Origin: Spirochaetota bacterium
Lineage (GTDB): Bacteria; Spirochaetota; UBA6919; CBDBPB01
Direction of reading: 5' to 3'
Length of the DNA: 64,000 nucleotides
NCBI GenBank assembly: GCA_965208615.1
Contig: CBDBPB010000001.1
Coordinates: forward strand, 1 to 64,000
Shown here: positions 52,757 through 63,662 of the stretch, piece after piece
How positions within the stretch are numbered: the first letter of the stretch is position 1
Layout of the letters: the number at the start of each line of letters is the position of its first letter
Notes under the pieces: generated by a model
What the model was told of the DNA's origin: nothing
The model's input: only the letters and a program-made list of their open reading frames with translations
The model's database searches: none
Program-made: the position numbers and the translations under genes

Positions 52757-53791
52757 CTATTTAGATAGCTTAGATAACATATTTTTTGAATGGCTATTCC
52801 ACTTATCGTAATATATAGCTTTTTTATAATACCCTATTGCCTCTTTTTTTTTACCTTTTCTTAAAAAGCACATTGCAACTTTTGTATATGCACTAGGAGA
52901 GGTATTTCGTCTTTGCAGATGAGTTTTATAAAGCTCACATGCTTTATCATAGTTTTTTTTTGCTTCATATATCTGACCCATATTATATGGCAAAAAAGCA
53001 TATATTTGATCACTTTCTGGTCTATGAAGTATCTTACCACTTTTATAAATGCTATTAACCTTTTCAAAGCTTTTTAATGCCTTATCACGTTGATTTTTAT
53101 TACGATACCACTTTCCTACGAGCAAATGTGCCCTTATATTATTAGGCTCTATCTTCAATACCCCTTTATAAACTTCCAGTGCTTCATCTTTATCTCCGCC
53201 TAATATACTAGGGCTCTCATAAAGCACCTCTCCTCTGGTCAAAATAGCATCTATATAGCTACGATTTTTTTCTATTATATTGTCAACTATATCCTTAGAT
53301 TCCTGAAGTTTATTTACGCCGGAAAATAATCCACCTTCTTTTTTTCTTATAAATATCCCTATTCGCCCAGCCGCATAAGACTGCATAAGTAAATACTCTA
53401 AATTATTAGGTTCTTTATTAACTAGCTTGGTAAAGTAGGAATATGCAATATCATAAGGGTCCCTAATATTTGGAATATAGTTATATTCCCCTATAAAAAA
53501 AATGCTTCGTCCGGCATAATACAAATAGTCATTATTATTAGGATATTTATCTGTTAAATATCTAAAAACTCTTTCAGCACTAAGAATATCAAAGTCATAA
53601 TTTAGAAGTTTAAGGCCGTATTTATATAATTCTTTTTCGGATTGGTTAAAGTTGATATCGGCAAGTTTATAGTCAAGTTTTTTTATATATTTATCCAAGG
53701 TTAGCTTGGATAGTTTTTCATCAATTTTAGTAACAGCACAATTTAAAGCATAAAAAGGAATAATTAGCAGAACTACTAATAGTTTTTTCAT
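52757..53791 (-). CDS. TPR-repeat lipoprotein
   Basis: Lipobox ALN-C; TPR-like helices; P.ILGGD...A motif. Confidence 0.8.
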   Translation of the reverse strand: MKKLLVVLLIIPFYALNCAVTKIDEKLSKLTLDKYIKKLDYKLADINFNQSEKELYKYGLKLLNYDFDILSAERVFRYLTDKYPNNNDYLYYAGRSIFFIGEYNYIPNIRDPYDIAYSYFTKLVNKEPNNLEYLLMQSYAAGRIGIFIRKKEGGLFSGVNKLQESKDIVDNIIEKNRSYIDAILTRGEVLYESPSILGGDKDEALEVYKGVLKIEPNNIRAHLLVGKWYRNKNQRDKALKSFEKVNSIYKSGKILHRPESDQIYAFLPYNMGQIYEAKKNYDKACELYKTHLQRRNTSPSAYTKVAMCFLRKGKKKEAIGYYKKAIYYDKWNSHSKNMLSKLSK

Positions 53792-53892
53792 TTATATTAC
53801 CCTTTTAATACGAACATGACTATATAATAATAACACTTTATTATAAGGCAAAACTTTATTTTAAATTAAGGTTTTTATTATATATTTTAATA

Positions 53893-54468
53893 TTATCCTT
53901 TATATAATGAAAACTCCCAACCTACGCTAATGTATGCTGAACGGTTTTTATTTACTGCTCCTGAAAAGGGATGATTATCATTAGTTAAATCTATTAGCCC
54001 TGCCTCAATAGCAAACTCAAAAATCAATTTTCCACCTTTAACAAAAAAGTAATAGCTTGCTCCAAAAACTATATCTAGGCCAAGTAAATTACTTTGCTCA
54101 GTTACTGTTATACCTTGAGCCTTGCCATACAAAAGAAAACTTGTCTGTACACCAGCAAAAAAGCTAAAATGCTCTATAACCCTAACCCTTAGAGTTACCG
54201 GAATAGATAAATAGCCATAATGATAGTTAAGGCCTCTACCCTTTGTACCTTTCATCTGGAATAATAAACCCGTCTCAAGGCAAAGTGGATCAACAAAATA
54301 AAAACTTAAAGCTATTCCCCCGCCAAAGCCCTCCCTAATACGATTTTGGTCAATACCGCTCATATATGAAAGACCAATTCCAACCTTTGGAGTAATAGCT
54401 AACTCAAAAAAAGCCCCTACAGGACTAGAACATAAAAGTATACTAGCTAATATAATAACACTTTTCAT
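53893..54468 (-). CDS. Outer membrane beta-barrel (porin family) protein
   Basis: Signal peptide; KVGIGLS, F.MKG, YLSIPV; aromatic C-terminal strand. Confidence 0.8.
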   Translation of the reverse strand: MKSVIILASILLCSSPVGAFFELAITPKVGIGLSYMSGIDQNRIREGFGGGIALSFYFVDPLCLETGLLFQMKGTKGRGLNYHYGYLSIPVTLRVRVIEHFSFFAGVQTSFLLYGKAQGITVTEQSNLLGLDIVFGASYYFFVKGGKLIFEFAIEAGLIDLTNDNHPFSGAVNKNRSAYISVGWEFSLYKG

Positions 54469-54494
54469 AATAAACCACACCTAAAAAAATAGCC

Positions 54495-56315
54495 CTAGCT
54501 CGCCGTACTCAAAAAGTCCTGTCTAAACTGTAGATTATATAGCTTTCTATAAAGCCCCTTACACTTTAGTAGCTCATCATGGGAGCCTTGTTCCTTTATC
54601 CTACCGCGATGTAATACTATTATCTTGTCCACATGCTTTATGGTAGAGAGTCTATGAGCAATTATTATGGCAGTACGACCCTTAACTAGCTCCTTAATAT
54701 TTTGCTGTATAATTCTCTCTGTTTGTAAATCAATGTTTGACGTTGCCTCATCAAATATAACAATCTTTGAGTCGTGAACTAAAGCCCTTGCAAAAGCTAA
54801 AAGCTGTTTTTGACCAAAAGATAAACCAACACCACGTTCCCCTAACTCAGTATCATATTTATCACTTAGCCTCTGTATAAATGAATGGCTGTGAGCCTGT
54901 TTAGCAGAGTTTATAAGCTTGTCATCAGTTATGGATGAATCAAACAGCCTAATATTATCCTTTATTGTGCCTGAAAATATAAACACATCCTGAAGTACAG
55001 ACGAAATAGCATTACGTAAACTATTCTTACTTAAATTCTTAATATTTATACCGTCAATAAGAATCTCGCCATGTTCTATGTCATACAGCCTATTAATCAA
55101 GTTTATTATTGTTGACTTACCACTACCCGTTAAACCAACTAATGCAACTTTTTCCCCTTTCTTTATTTTAAAGGATATATTGGTCAAAACTGGATTAGAC
55201 TTATTATAGCTAAAGGATACATTTTTAAACTCCAGCTCACCCTCAAAATCGTTTTTTATAATAGGATTATCGCTTTCGGGTATATGTTCTTTAGTATCCA
55301 GTAATGAGAATATCCTCTCAGAGGATGCCATAGCCGCCTGCAAAACATTATATTGATCACTTAATTCTCTCATAGGCCTAAAGAATATTGGAGAATATAA
55401 TAAAAAGGCTATCACATTAGATAAGGCACTCTCTCCAGTATATACCCAATAACCGCCAAAAACTATCAAAGATACCCTGGATACAATACTAAAGGACTCC
55501 ACAGCAGGAAAGTATATAGAAAATATCTTAACAGTATTAAGATATTCTAAAAAGTATTTTTTGTGTAATCTCCTAAACACTCTAAATACCTTATTTTCCT
55601 TATTAAAAACTTGTACAGTCTTAATACCCTCAATAGTAGAGCGTAAAAAACCATTCATCTCGCTTAGCTTTATCCTTATTAACAAAAATGACTTTCGTGC
55701 ATACTTTTTAAATATACGCATTCCGATGTATAGCAAAGGAAATAAACATAAACTCACTAAGGCTAATTTAACATCCAATAAAAAAAATATAACAAATATG
55801 CTTATAATTAAAAAGCTATCCCCCAGGATGGTAGGTAAGCCTGTAACAAGTAGCTCATTTAAGGTTTGAACATCATAAACAACTCTTGTTACCAGTTGTC
55901 CCCCTTTACTTTTATCAAAAAAGGATAATGACTGATTCATTGTATGAGAAAAGAGTTTATGACGTAGATCCCTCATAATCCTTTGACCAAAATAGTTGGT
56001 AATATATATCTGATAATACATTGTAATAAACTGAGCAAATAACATTAGTATTAAAAAAATACTAATATCGGTTAAGGAGATACTATCCGCTCCCACAATA
56101 AGAGTTATAGATTCGAGCTGATCTTTGGCATTATTTATAATATCTATGCCGTATTTCACTCCAAGGGGTATTAGGGATGTAATACCCTTAGCTAATAGTA
56201 AAATAACTATAGACAAAGCTAACTTGTATTTGTATGGTGAGATTAGAATCCATAGCTGATAAAATAACTTTACATCAACTTTTTTAGACTCAGAAGTAAT
56301 CTTGCTAGACGGCAT
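54495..56315 (-). CDS. ABC exporter (fused TMD + NBD, MdlB-like)
   Basis: GLTGSGKST, LSFGQKQ, DEATS, IAHRLST. Confidence 0.93.
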   Translation of the reverse strand: MPSSKITSESKKVDVKLFYQLWILISPYKYKLALSIVILLLAKGITSLIPLGVKYGIDIINNAKDQLESITLIVGADSISLTDISIFLILMLFAQFITMYYQIYITNYFGQRIMRDLRHKLFSHTMNQSLSFFDKSKGGQLVTRVVYDVQTLNELLVTGLPTILGDSFLIISIFVIFFLLDVKLALVSLCLFPLLYIGMRIFKKYARKSFLLIRIKLSEMNGFLRSTIEGIKTVQVFNKENKVFRVFRRLHKKYFLEYLNTVKIFSIYFPAVESFSIVSRVSLIVFGGYWVYTGESALSNVIAFLLYSPIFFRPMRELSDQYNVLQAAMASSERIFSLLDTKEHIPESDNPIIKNDFEGELEFKNVSFSYNKSNPVLTNISFKIKKGEKVALVGLTGSGKSTIINLINRLYDIEHGEILIDGINIKNLSKNSLRNAISSVLQDVFIFSGTIKDNIRLFDSSITDDKLINSAKQAHSHSFIQRLSDKYDTELGERGVGLSFGQKQLLAFARALVHDSKIVIFDEATSNIDLQTERIIQQNIKELVKGRTAIIIAHRLSTIKHVDKIIVLHRGRIKEQGSHDELLKCKGLYRKLYNLQFRQDFLSTAS

Positions 56316-56387
56316 AAATAAAAAATAATGATAACTTAAAGAAAAATCAATGGACTAATACATTTAAACTTCGATAAAATCCAAACT

Positions 56388-56972
56388 TTAATGACTAAAC
56401 TTATGACTTAGACTAATATTATCATTAATAACTATAATTATAGACTTAATATTATGATCCATAGTAAACCTAAACGAATACAAAAGAATACTATTATATT
56501 TACTAAGCTCTTGTTCAGCAGATAATATCTTATTATCCAAAAGCTCTTTTTTAGATTCTTCGTACAACTTATAAATCTGAATAGAATAAGCCTTAGCCAG
56601 CTTAATAGGCTTTTTAGTCGTATTCTCTACGTATATAATAATTTCCTTATCCCTATTATTATGGGACACTAACCTAAAATAATACTTTATACCAAGCTTA
56701 TCAACAAAAGCATTATCTAGTTTATCCTTTTGACTCCAAAAGAAATAGCCCAGTATTCCAAGGATAAGAAAAATATCTAAAACATATATAATCCTACGTC
56801 TTACAGTACGCCTATGCTTAAGATTCTCCGAACGCTCTTCTTTTATAACCTGCCTATCTATATTATACCTTCTCTCACCGTGCCTATAATGGAATACCAT
56901 TCGCTTATCAGGATTTTCGTACTCTTCTTTTTCTAGGACTTCAGGTTTTCTCATAAAGTAAAAATCTTTCAC
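56388..56972 (-). CDS. Hypothetical single-TM protein
   Basis: ORF tightly follows nnr; one hydrophobic helix. Confidence 0.7.
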   Translation of the reverse strand: MKDFYFMRKPEVLEKEEYENPDKRMVFHYRHGERRYNIDRQVIKEERSENLKHRRTVRRRIIYVLDIFLILGILGYFFWSQKDKLDNAFVDKLGIKYYFRLVSHNNRDKEIIIYVENTTKKPIKLAKAYSIQIYKLYEESKKELLDNKILSAEQELSKYNSILLYSFRFTMDHNIKSIIIVINDNISLSHKFSH

Positions 56973-56977
56973 TATAC

Positions 56978-58543
56978 TTACCTCTCATCAAAGTACATAA
57001 CCCCTCTGAATGCCTTATTAAGATTAGATATAAGATCAGAAGCGATAACCACAGGTGATGTATATAAAGTTTTTGCGTGATCTCCTGCTAATCCGTGAAT
57101 AAATATAGATATTACAGCACTATCTAAAATAGCTAGTCCCTGAGCCATAAAACTACCAACAATACCAGATAATACATCCCCAGTTCCGCCGGATGCCATG
57201 GACTCATTACCCGTAGTATTAAAGAAAAACCTGCCGTCATAATGAAATACAAGGCTGACCGCACTTTTTAACACAAGAGTAATACCATATTCCTTAGCAA
57301 AGTTCCTTGATATATTAAGCTTATGACTAATTAGCTCAGACTTATCCGCGTTAATAAGCCTTGCCATCTCCTTAATATGTGGAGTTAAAATAATAGATGC
57401 CTTTTTTTCTTTTAAAATATAGATATTCCTAGACAATAAATTAAGCCCATCGGCATCTATTAATAAAGTTCCTTCATAGTCTTTGATCAGCATACTAAGC
57501 ACTTCTTCGCAAGATGAACTTAAACCAATACCAGGTCCAAAAACTATAGAGTTATAGTCAGATAGGCTATTCCTAAGTATATCAACAGCCTCATAAGATA
57601 TACTACCATCTAACTCGGGTAATTCCTTAATAATGGCCTCTGGGAAATAGCCACGCAAAACATTACAAACAGATGGAATAGATGCCAGTGTAACTAAACC
57701 GCATCCACTCCTAAGAGCGGCCATACAAGCTAAAATAACTGCACCAGTATACTGCCTACTACCGCCAATAACCAAAAGATGGCCGTAAGTCCCTTTATGA
57801 GAATTACTATTACGAATAGGCAAAAGACTATTAACCATATTATGAGTTATTATATGTCCCTTTATTCTATGGTGGTTTAAAAGGCTGTTAGGAAAACCAA
57901 TATCCACTATATTAAGCTCACCTACATAATCCTTGCCCGGAAAATCAACCATACCAACCTTTGGTAACCCCACAGTAATAGTCGTATCAGCCCTTACTAT
58001 ATTCTCATTCTGACTATCCTCTATAGTCAATAATCCAGAAGGCACATCAACAGAGATAACACAGCCCAATCTATTATTTATATCCCTAAAAACCTTAGTA
58101 TAAAACCCTCTCACCTCTCCCTTAAGACCAGTTCCAAAAATGGAGTCAATAATAAAATCAGAAGATAATACATCCCTTTTAACCGAGTTCCAATCATTAT
58201 CATCTTTAATAAAAGATATAGGAATACCAAGCTTATCCGCAATATTTAAGTTAGTTAGTGGATCATCCTTAAACTTAGCCTTCTGACTAACTATATAAAC
58301 TTTTACTGGAATATCGTGTATAAAAAAGTAACGAGCAATTACAAGTCCGTCTCCACCATTATTACCAGCTCCCACTAAAACGCTTATAGAGCTATTTTTC
58401 TCTTTTATTATGGAGTAATTCTCTAATATCTTTAATGATATAGCTATACCGGCATTCTCCATCAACAAAATAGAAGGAAAACCATAATTTATAGATGTTT
58501 CACTGTCTATTTTCTCCATTTCATCTTTGTTAACTAATTTCAT
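56978..58543 (-). CDS. nnr: Bifunctional NAD(P)HX epimerase/dehydratase
   Basis: LMENAG, GNNGGDG, DVPSG, HKGTYG, DADGL, TPH..E, GGTGDVL. Confidence 0.96.
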   Translation of the reverse strand: MKLVNKDEMEKIDSETSINYGFPSILLMENAGIAISLKILENYSIIKEKNSSISVLVGAGNNGGDGLVIARYFFIHDIPVKVYIVSQKAKFKDDPLTNLNIADKLGIPISFIKDDNDWNSVKRDVLSSDFIIDSIFGTGLKGEVRGFYTKVFRDINNRLGCVISVDVPSGLLTIEDSQNENIVRADTTITVGLPKVGMVDFPGKDYVGELNIVDIGFPNSLLNHHRIKGHIITHNMVNSLLPIRNSNSHKGTYGHLLVIGGSRQYTGAVILACMAALRSGCGLVTLASIPSVCNVLRGYFPEAIIKELPELDGSISYEAVDILRNSLSDYNSIVFGPGIGLSSSCEEVLSMLIKDYEGTLLIDADGLNLLSRNIYILKEKKASIILTPHIKEMARLINADKSELISHKLNISRNFAKEYGITLVLKSAVSLVFHYDGRFFFNTTGNESMASGGTGDVLSGIVGSFMAQGLAILDSAVISIFIHGLAGDHAKTLYTSPVVIASDLISNLNKAFRGVMYFDER

Positions 58544-58569
58544 AAAATTAACCTGATTAATATATTACT

Positions 58570-59814
58570 CTAATTATATATGTGAACCTGCATATTATCA
58601 TCCAATTGGGAAAAAACTATTATTTTTTCATCATTCGTCAAAGTAAACCAATTATAATTATTAATAAGCTGTCCTTTGAGTTTCAATGACCTACCCTCTA
58701 TACTAGAGCCACTATTATTTAGTACTTTAAACTGATAAATAAAATTATTACCTTTTTCTTTTTGACCAGTAAAAGGAGGCATAAGATATATACTATCTTT
58801 TTGAGCTACTCCCAATAATAAATAACGCTTTTCTTTATCATCGAGTCTCCTTAGCTCATAAGCCTTAAGATCATTAATATTAAATAAATACAGCTTTTTA
58901 AAATCGTAGTCATACTTTACACCTAGTCTGCTTATCTGTTTTTTATAATACCTTACCATGATTAACAGCTTTTCAGAAAAAGGAGTTATTTCAATATTTT
59001 CAATTATGCTAATATAGTTTTTCTCTTTTGGTATATACTGGTTGATATTTCTTTTATATAAGCTCCTCTCTCCGGATGAGTTAAACCTATATAGATGATA
59101 ACTACTATCAGCAAACCTTTTATTTGGCGCATTACTAATATCATCTTTTAAAATTAAGTAAAGGTTATTATGCTTATCAGAATAGAACTTCTTTATTATG
59201 TTATTTTTAGTAAATGGATCAGTTTTTATCCCCTGTTTACCTATTGTATATAAATACTTTCCATTTTTGTCAAACTTTATAATAGTCCTGGAGTAAGGAC
59301 TATATAAATCTATCCTTGTGTTATCAGTATCCTTTACTTTGGGATCGTTTTTATTTAATCCCTTTATTTTATCCTTTTTATTATCCTCCTTTTTTTCTTT
59401 TGGTAAAAAAAGATTTATAACATAAATATTTTCATTTTCATCCACCGTAAACCTTAAGATATGGTTAAAATTAAACTTACTAAAACCTGCTTTTATAGGT
59501 ACTGTATTTACTTTTCCAACAAGATTCACTTTTAATAATGAATCACGAGAGCCAATAGATAAGACTTGATGTCCTAGTCTATTTATTTTTATTATTCGCT
59601 TATCCTCTGCGTTAGAACTTAAATAAAAATAATCGTTTTTAAAATAAATTGGCTCACTATAAAACATATAAGGATTAGGTGTTTTGCTATGAGCTAAAGA
59701 AACAGCTTTTAAAGGAAACTCATATACTTTAGAAGCTTTTCCTAAAACCTTTACGTCATATTCGCATCCCAAAAAGAGAATAATAAAACCAATAAAAATT
59801 AATTTTTTATTCAT
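58570..59814 (-). CDS. Lipoprotein with probable NHL/beta-propeller fold
   Basis: Lipobox FLG-C; VDENENIYV, KFDKNGKYL..IG..G. Confidence 0.75.
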   Translation of the reverse strand: MNKKLIFIGFIILFLGCEYDVKVLGKASKVYEFPLKAVSLAHSKTPNPYMFYSEPIYFKNDYFYLSSNAEDKRIIKINRLGHQVLSIGSRDSLLKVNLVGKVNTVPIKAGFSKFNFNHILRFTVDENENIYVINLFLPKEKKEDNKKDKIKGLNKNDPKVKDTDNTRIDLYSPYSRTIIKFDKNGKYLYTIGKQGIKTDPFTKNNIIKKFYSDKHNNLYLILKDDISNAPNKRFADSSYHLYRFNSSGERSLYKRNINQYIPKEKNYISIIENIEITPFSEKLLIMVRYYKKQISRLGVKYDYDFKKLYLFNINDLKAYELRRLDDKEKRYLLLGVAQKDSIYLMPPFTGQKEKGNNFIYQFKVLNNSGSSIEGRSLKLKGQLINNYNWFTLTNDEKIIVFSQLDDNMQVHIYN

Positions 59815-59920
59815 AACTTATCCTTATTTGTACTCCCTTAATTCTATTAAATGTATTAAAATATTAAAAAGATTGACAGGTATAAACAATAAATCAATAA
59901 TTTTTGGTTTTACTAATAAA

Positions 59921-60757
59921 CTAGGTTATCCGCTTAAACAAAAACTCATTACATCCAGTCTCATTAGGCGATACAAGCCTTTGCTTTGTACACCTAAACC
60001 CTAACTTTTCAATAAAATTAATTATCTCATTAGGTGTTGCATATTCATAAGGATAACCACCAAGCCAATCAATTACATCATAATAAAAACTCATCCCTCG
60101 TAATGCAGACCTATTATCATGCCCTTTTTTTATAAAAGACTTATATCTAAATATAAAAAAAGCCGAGTAGTAAAGCCATATAAGACCAGCCTTAACTAAC
60201 TTTGGACTTATATTATAAAACTTTTTAATCTTTAACCATAAATTAGACGATGGAAAACTATTAACCTTATTATAAATCGCAATATAAAAAAACCCATCCT
60301 TTTTAACTAATGAAGATGCATTATTAATTGCCTTATACATATTACCAGTATGGTGTAAAACTCCCCATGAATAAACAATATCAGAAGGACTAAGCCCAGC
60401 CTTAAAACTATAATCCAATATGGATAAGGTCTTAATATCCCAGTTAGAAGGCTTTTTAGCCTTATTTCTTAATATATTACAGCATTCAATAGAGCTTTTA
60501 TCAATGTCAATACTAATAACCTCTTTAGCCCCTAAAAGATATGCCGAATAAGAGAATAAACCACTACCACAACCAATATCCAAAAATGATAGGCCATTAA
60601 AACTATCCAAACCTAAAAAACTACATAGAGACTCTTTAGCTCTATCCACCTTTTCACTAGACAAAGTCTTAAGAAAAGCCTGCCAGTTCTTACCAAAACT
60701 AAAAGACTTATTATTTTGATATACATCTTCATATAAAACATTATTTTTATTAGCCAT
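59921..60757 (-). CDS. Class I SAM methyltransferase (glycan cluster type)
   Basis: FSFGKNW, LDIGCGSG, YSWGVLHHTG, DWLGGYPYE. Confidence 0.92.
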   Translation of the reverse strand: MANKNNVLYEDVYQNNKSFSFGKNWQAFLKTLSSEKVDRAKESLCSFLGLDSFNGLSFLDIGCGSGLFSYSAYLLGAKEVISIDIDKSSIECCNILRNKAKKPSNWDIKTLSILDYSFKAGLSPSDIVYSWGVLHHTGNMYKAINNASSLVKKDGFFYIAIYNKVNSFPSSNLWLKIKKFYNISPKLVKAGLIWLYYSAFFIFRYKSFIKKGHDNRSALRGMSFYYDVIDWLGGYPYEYATPNEIINFIEKLGFRCTKQRLVSPNETGCNEFLFKRIT

Positions 60758-60797
60758 GATTATATTCCAGCCTTAAATCTATTCACTAAACTATACT

Positions 60798-61598
60798 CTA
60801 ATATACTATATCTTTTATTATATGCCTACCAACTTTATCTATCCTAGCCCACAAGGATAGCTTTGCTTTAACATCAATGTTTATATTTTTATGTTTAACA
60901 CTATTATTAAGCTTAGCTATATCAGGATTATCTTTAATCCATCTAATAACGTTATCCAAAGGTAATACCCCACCCCAAAGATCGTTGTATATTCTTTTAC
61001 AAAGGTCATAATCAATTTGCTCATCAACGGTCAAGCGTATGTCAGCCCTAAACTTAGAGGGTACTAAAACCTCTACTATCCTAAATAAATGAGGATTATT
61101 AGATATAAATAAACTAGCCACATGTTCTTTATCCTCTTTAGTGTTAGTCAGGTTATACGCCCTATAAAATGCCCTCTTAGACATTACAAACTGCCCATCC
61201 AGCATAGAGCCAGCATCACTCCATACTAAATCGCCATCAAAGCTCTTTAAGGCTATAATTTGTTCATCAATGAAGTCAGCACTAACAAAAGGCGAATCAC
61301 CAGTTACCCTAACAACATAATCATATTGAGGATTACGGTCAATAATATTTTTAAACCTGCTAAAAACATCATCCAAACTACCCCTATAATAACTAATATT
61401 AGCCTTTTCTAAAAAGCTAACCAGAGGATCATCACTAACATCCAAAGAAGTGGCAACAATAATCTTCTTTAGCAACTTAGACAAAGTTAACCTTTTATGG
61501 ATATGCCATATAATAGGCTTATTGACAATGGGTAGTAAAACCTTAGATGGGAGCCTGGTTGAGGATAGTCTCGCCTGTATTATAGCAATAGCATCCAA
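60798..61598 (-). CDS. SpsF/PseF-like cytidylyltransferase
   Basis: IIQARLSSTRLPSKV, RGSLDDV..RF, RVTGDSP, RLTVD. Confidence 0.9.
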   Translation of the reverse strand: MDAIAIIQARLSSTRLPSKVLLPIVNKPIIWHIHKRLTLSKLLKKIIVATSLDVSDDPLVSFLEKANISYYRGSLDDVFSRFKNIIDRNPQYDYVVRVTGDSPFVSADFIDEQIIALKSFDGDLVWSDAGSMLDGQFVMSKRAFYRAYNLTNTKEDKEHVASLFISNNPHLFRIVEVLVPSKFRADIRLTVDEQIDYDLCKRIYNDLWGGVLPLDNVIRWIKDNPDIAKLNNSVKHKNINIDVKAKLSLWARIDKVGRHIIKDIVY

Positions 61599-61613
61599 AA
61601 TATAATAACTCTA

Positions 61614-62449
61614 TTAGTCTTTTAAAAAACTATTATTAATAAAGGTATAAGTCCTTTTAGCAATTAAATATAGCCACTTATTTTTGGTTAGTAAAACACC
61701 AAAATACCTTTTAAACTTTGTCTCTCTAATAAGCTCTTTTTCTTTTCCAATTAAAACATCACATAAATTCTCTTTATAAACATCTATATGGTTGTTTATT
61801 ATTTGCCTATATAGCCTTAAACGATCACTCTCACCAATAACTGACCTAGAGTCTTTTAGCTTTCTATAATTAAATAGTAGTTCATTAATAGTATGAATAT
61901 GCCATCCATGCTTGGTAACACTAATAAAGAAGTTCCAATCTTCATATTCTGTATCCATATTAGAGTTATATCCCCCAGCTTGCTCCCAACACTTTTTTCT
62001 ATATAAAGAACTACTAGCAGAAGGATGACTTAAAAGAGCCTCTTTTATAGTCCCTCCAGATGGGTACCACTCAAAATATCTATACCCATAAGCCCTAACC
62101 CACATGTAACAATACCAATCTCTGGCTTATTATCCAAAACATAGACTGCCCTATATAAAAAACTAGGTTCAAAGGTATCATCGGCATCCAAGGTTAGAAT
62201 ATATTCACCAACAGCCCTTTTGATAGCAGTATTCCTAGCAACAGATAGTCCCTCATTCTCTTTATTTATAACAAAGGTTTTAGGCTTATCATATTGTTTA
62301 AGCTTATTATTGGTAAGTTCATCAGTTGATCCGTCATTAACAATAATAATCTCAAAATCTTTAAATGTTTGATTTAAAATACTATCAACAGCCTCATCAA
62401 TATACTTTCCGTGATTATAACAGGGTATAATAACCGATACTTTAGGCAA
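61614..62449 (-). pseudogene. GT2 glycosyltransferase copy 1, single frameshift
   Basis: VSVIIPCYN, DGSTD, LDADD, EDW. The C-run at ~62099-62101 has 3 C versus 4 in copy 2; 4 restores VTCGVRAYG. Confidence 0.8.
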
Positions 62450-62471
62450 ACCTTAACCTCCATAAACTAAT

Positions 62472-62556
62472 TTATAATCTTTTACCATTTGCTAATGAAT
62501 TAAAATGCTTACAATTAGCAATAAGATAGTCATAACTACCCGAACAAATAACCTTT
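62472..62556 (-). pseudogene. Duplicated 3' tip of the ABC transporter gene
   Basis: Matches 63663-63747. Confidence 0.85.
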
Positions 62557-62679
62557 ATCAGGTGTATATTTAGCATGGTTAAACCCTGATAACCATATAA
62601 TTCTTAATAAAATAGCGACTACTAAGGTAATCCAAAAAGCTTTATTCCATTTTTTTAAAGTGTAACTTTGTATAATTAT

Positions 62680-62786
62680 TCTTTAAAATGAAATCAACAG
62701 TAACAAAGGATTAATCACCTGTGATCCTAACTATATAATCATCCTCTTGATAAAAGCCCTGCCTGTACTATAGCAATAGTATCCAA
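62680..62786 (-). pseudogene. Decayed, internally deleted cytidylyltransferase remnant
   Basis: Reads DTIAIVQA then DYIVRITGD*SFVTVDFI, compared with DAIAIIQA and DYVVRVTGDSPFVSADFI in 60798-61598. Confidence 0.75.
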
Positions 62787-62801
62787 AATATAATAACTCT
62801 A

Positions 62802-63640
62802 TTAGTCTTTTAAAAAGCTATTATTAAGAAAGGTATAAATTCTTTTAGTAATCAAATATAGCCACTTATTTTTGGTTAGTAAAACACCAAAATACCTTTT
62901 AAACTTTGTCTCTCTAATAAGCTCTTTTTCTTTTCCAACTAAAACATCACATAAATTCTCTTTATAAACATCTATATGGTTGTTTATTATTTGCCTATAT
63001 AGCCTTAAACGATCACTCTCACCAGTAGCTGACATTGAGTCTTTTAACTTTCTATAGTTGAATAGTAGTTCATTAATAGTATGAATATGCCATCCATGCT
63101 TGGTAACGCCAATATAAAAGTCCCAGTCTTCATATGCAGTATCCATATTAGAGTTATACTCACCAGCCTGCTCCCAACACTTTTTCCTATATAAAGAATT
63201 ACCAACTAGCAGGATGACCTAAAAGAGCCTCTTTTATAGTCCCTCCAGATGGGTACCACTCAAAATATCTATACCCATAAGCCCTAACCCCACATGTAAC
63301 AATACCAATCTCTGGCTTATTATCCAAAACATAGACTGCCTTAGATAAAAAACTAGGTTCAAAAACTATCATCAGCATCCAAGGTTAGAATATACTCACC
63401 AACAGCCCTTTTGATAGCAGTATTCCTAGCAACAGATAGTCCCTCATTCTCTTTATTTATAACAAAGGTTTTAGGCTTATCATATTGTTTAAGCTTATTA
63501 TTGGTAAGTTCATCAGTTGATCCGTCATTAACAATAATAATCTCAAAATCTTTAAATGTTTGATTTAAAATACTATCAACAGCCTCATCAATATACTTTC
63601 CGTGATTATAACAGGGTATAATAACCGATACTTTAGGCAA
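62802..63640 (-). pseudogene. GT2 glycosyltransferase copy 2, two frameshifts
   Basis: Paralogue of 61614-62449; extra A at ~63361-63365 and an extra base at ~63205. Confidence 0.8.
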
Positions 63641-63662
63641 ACCTTAACCTCCATAAACTAAT

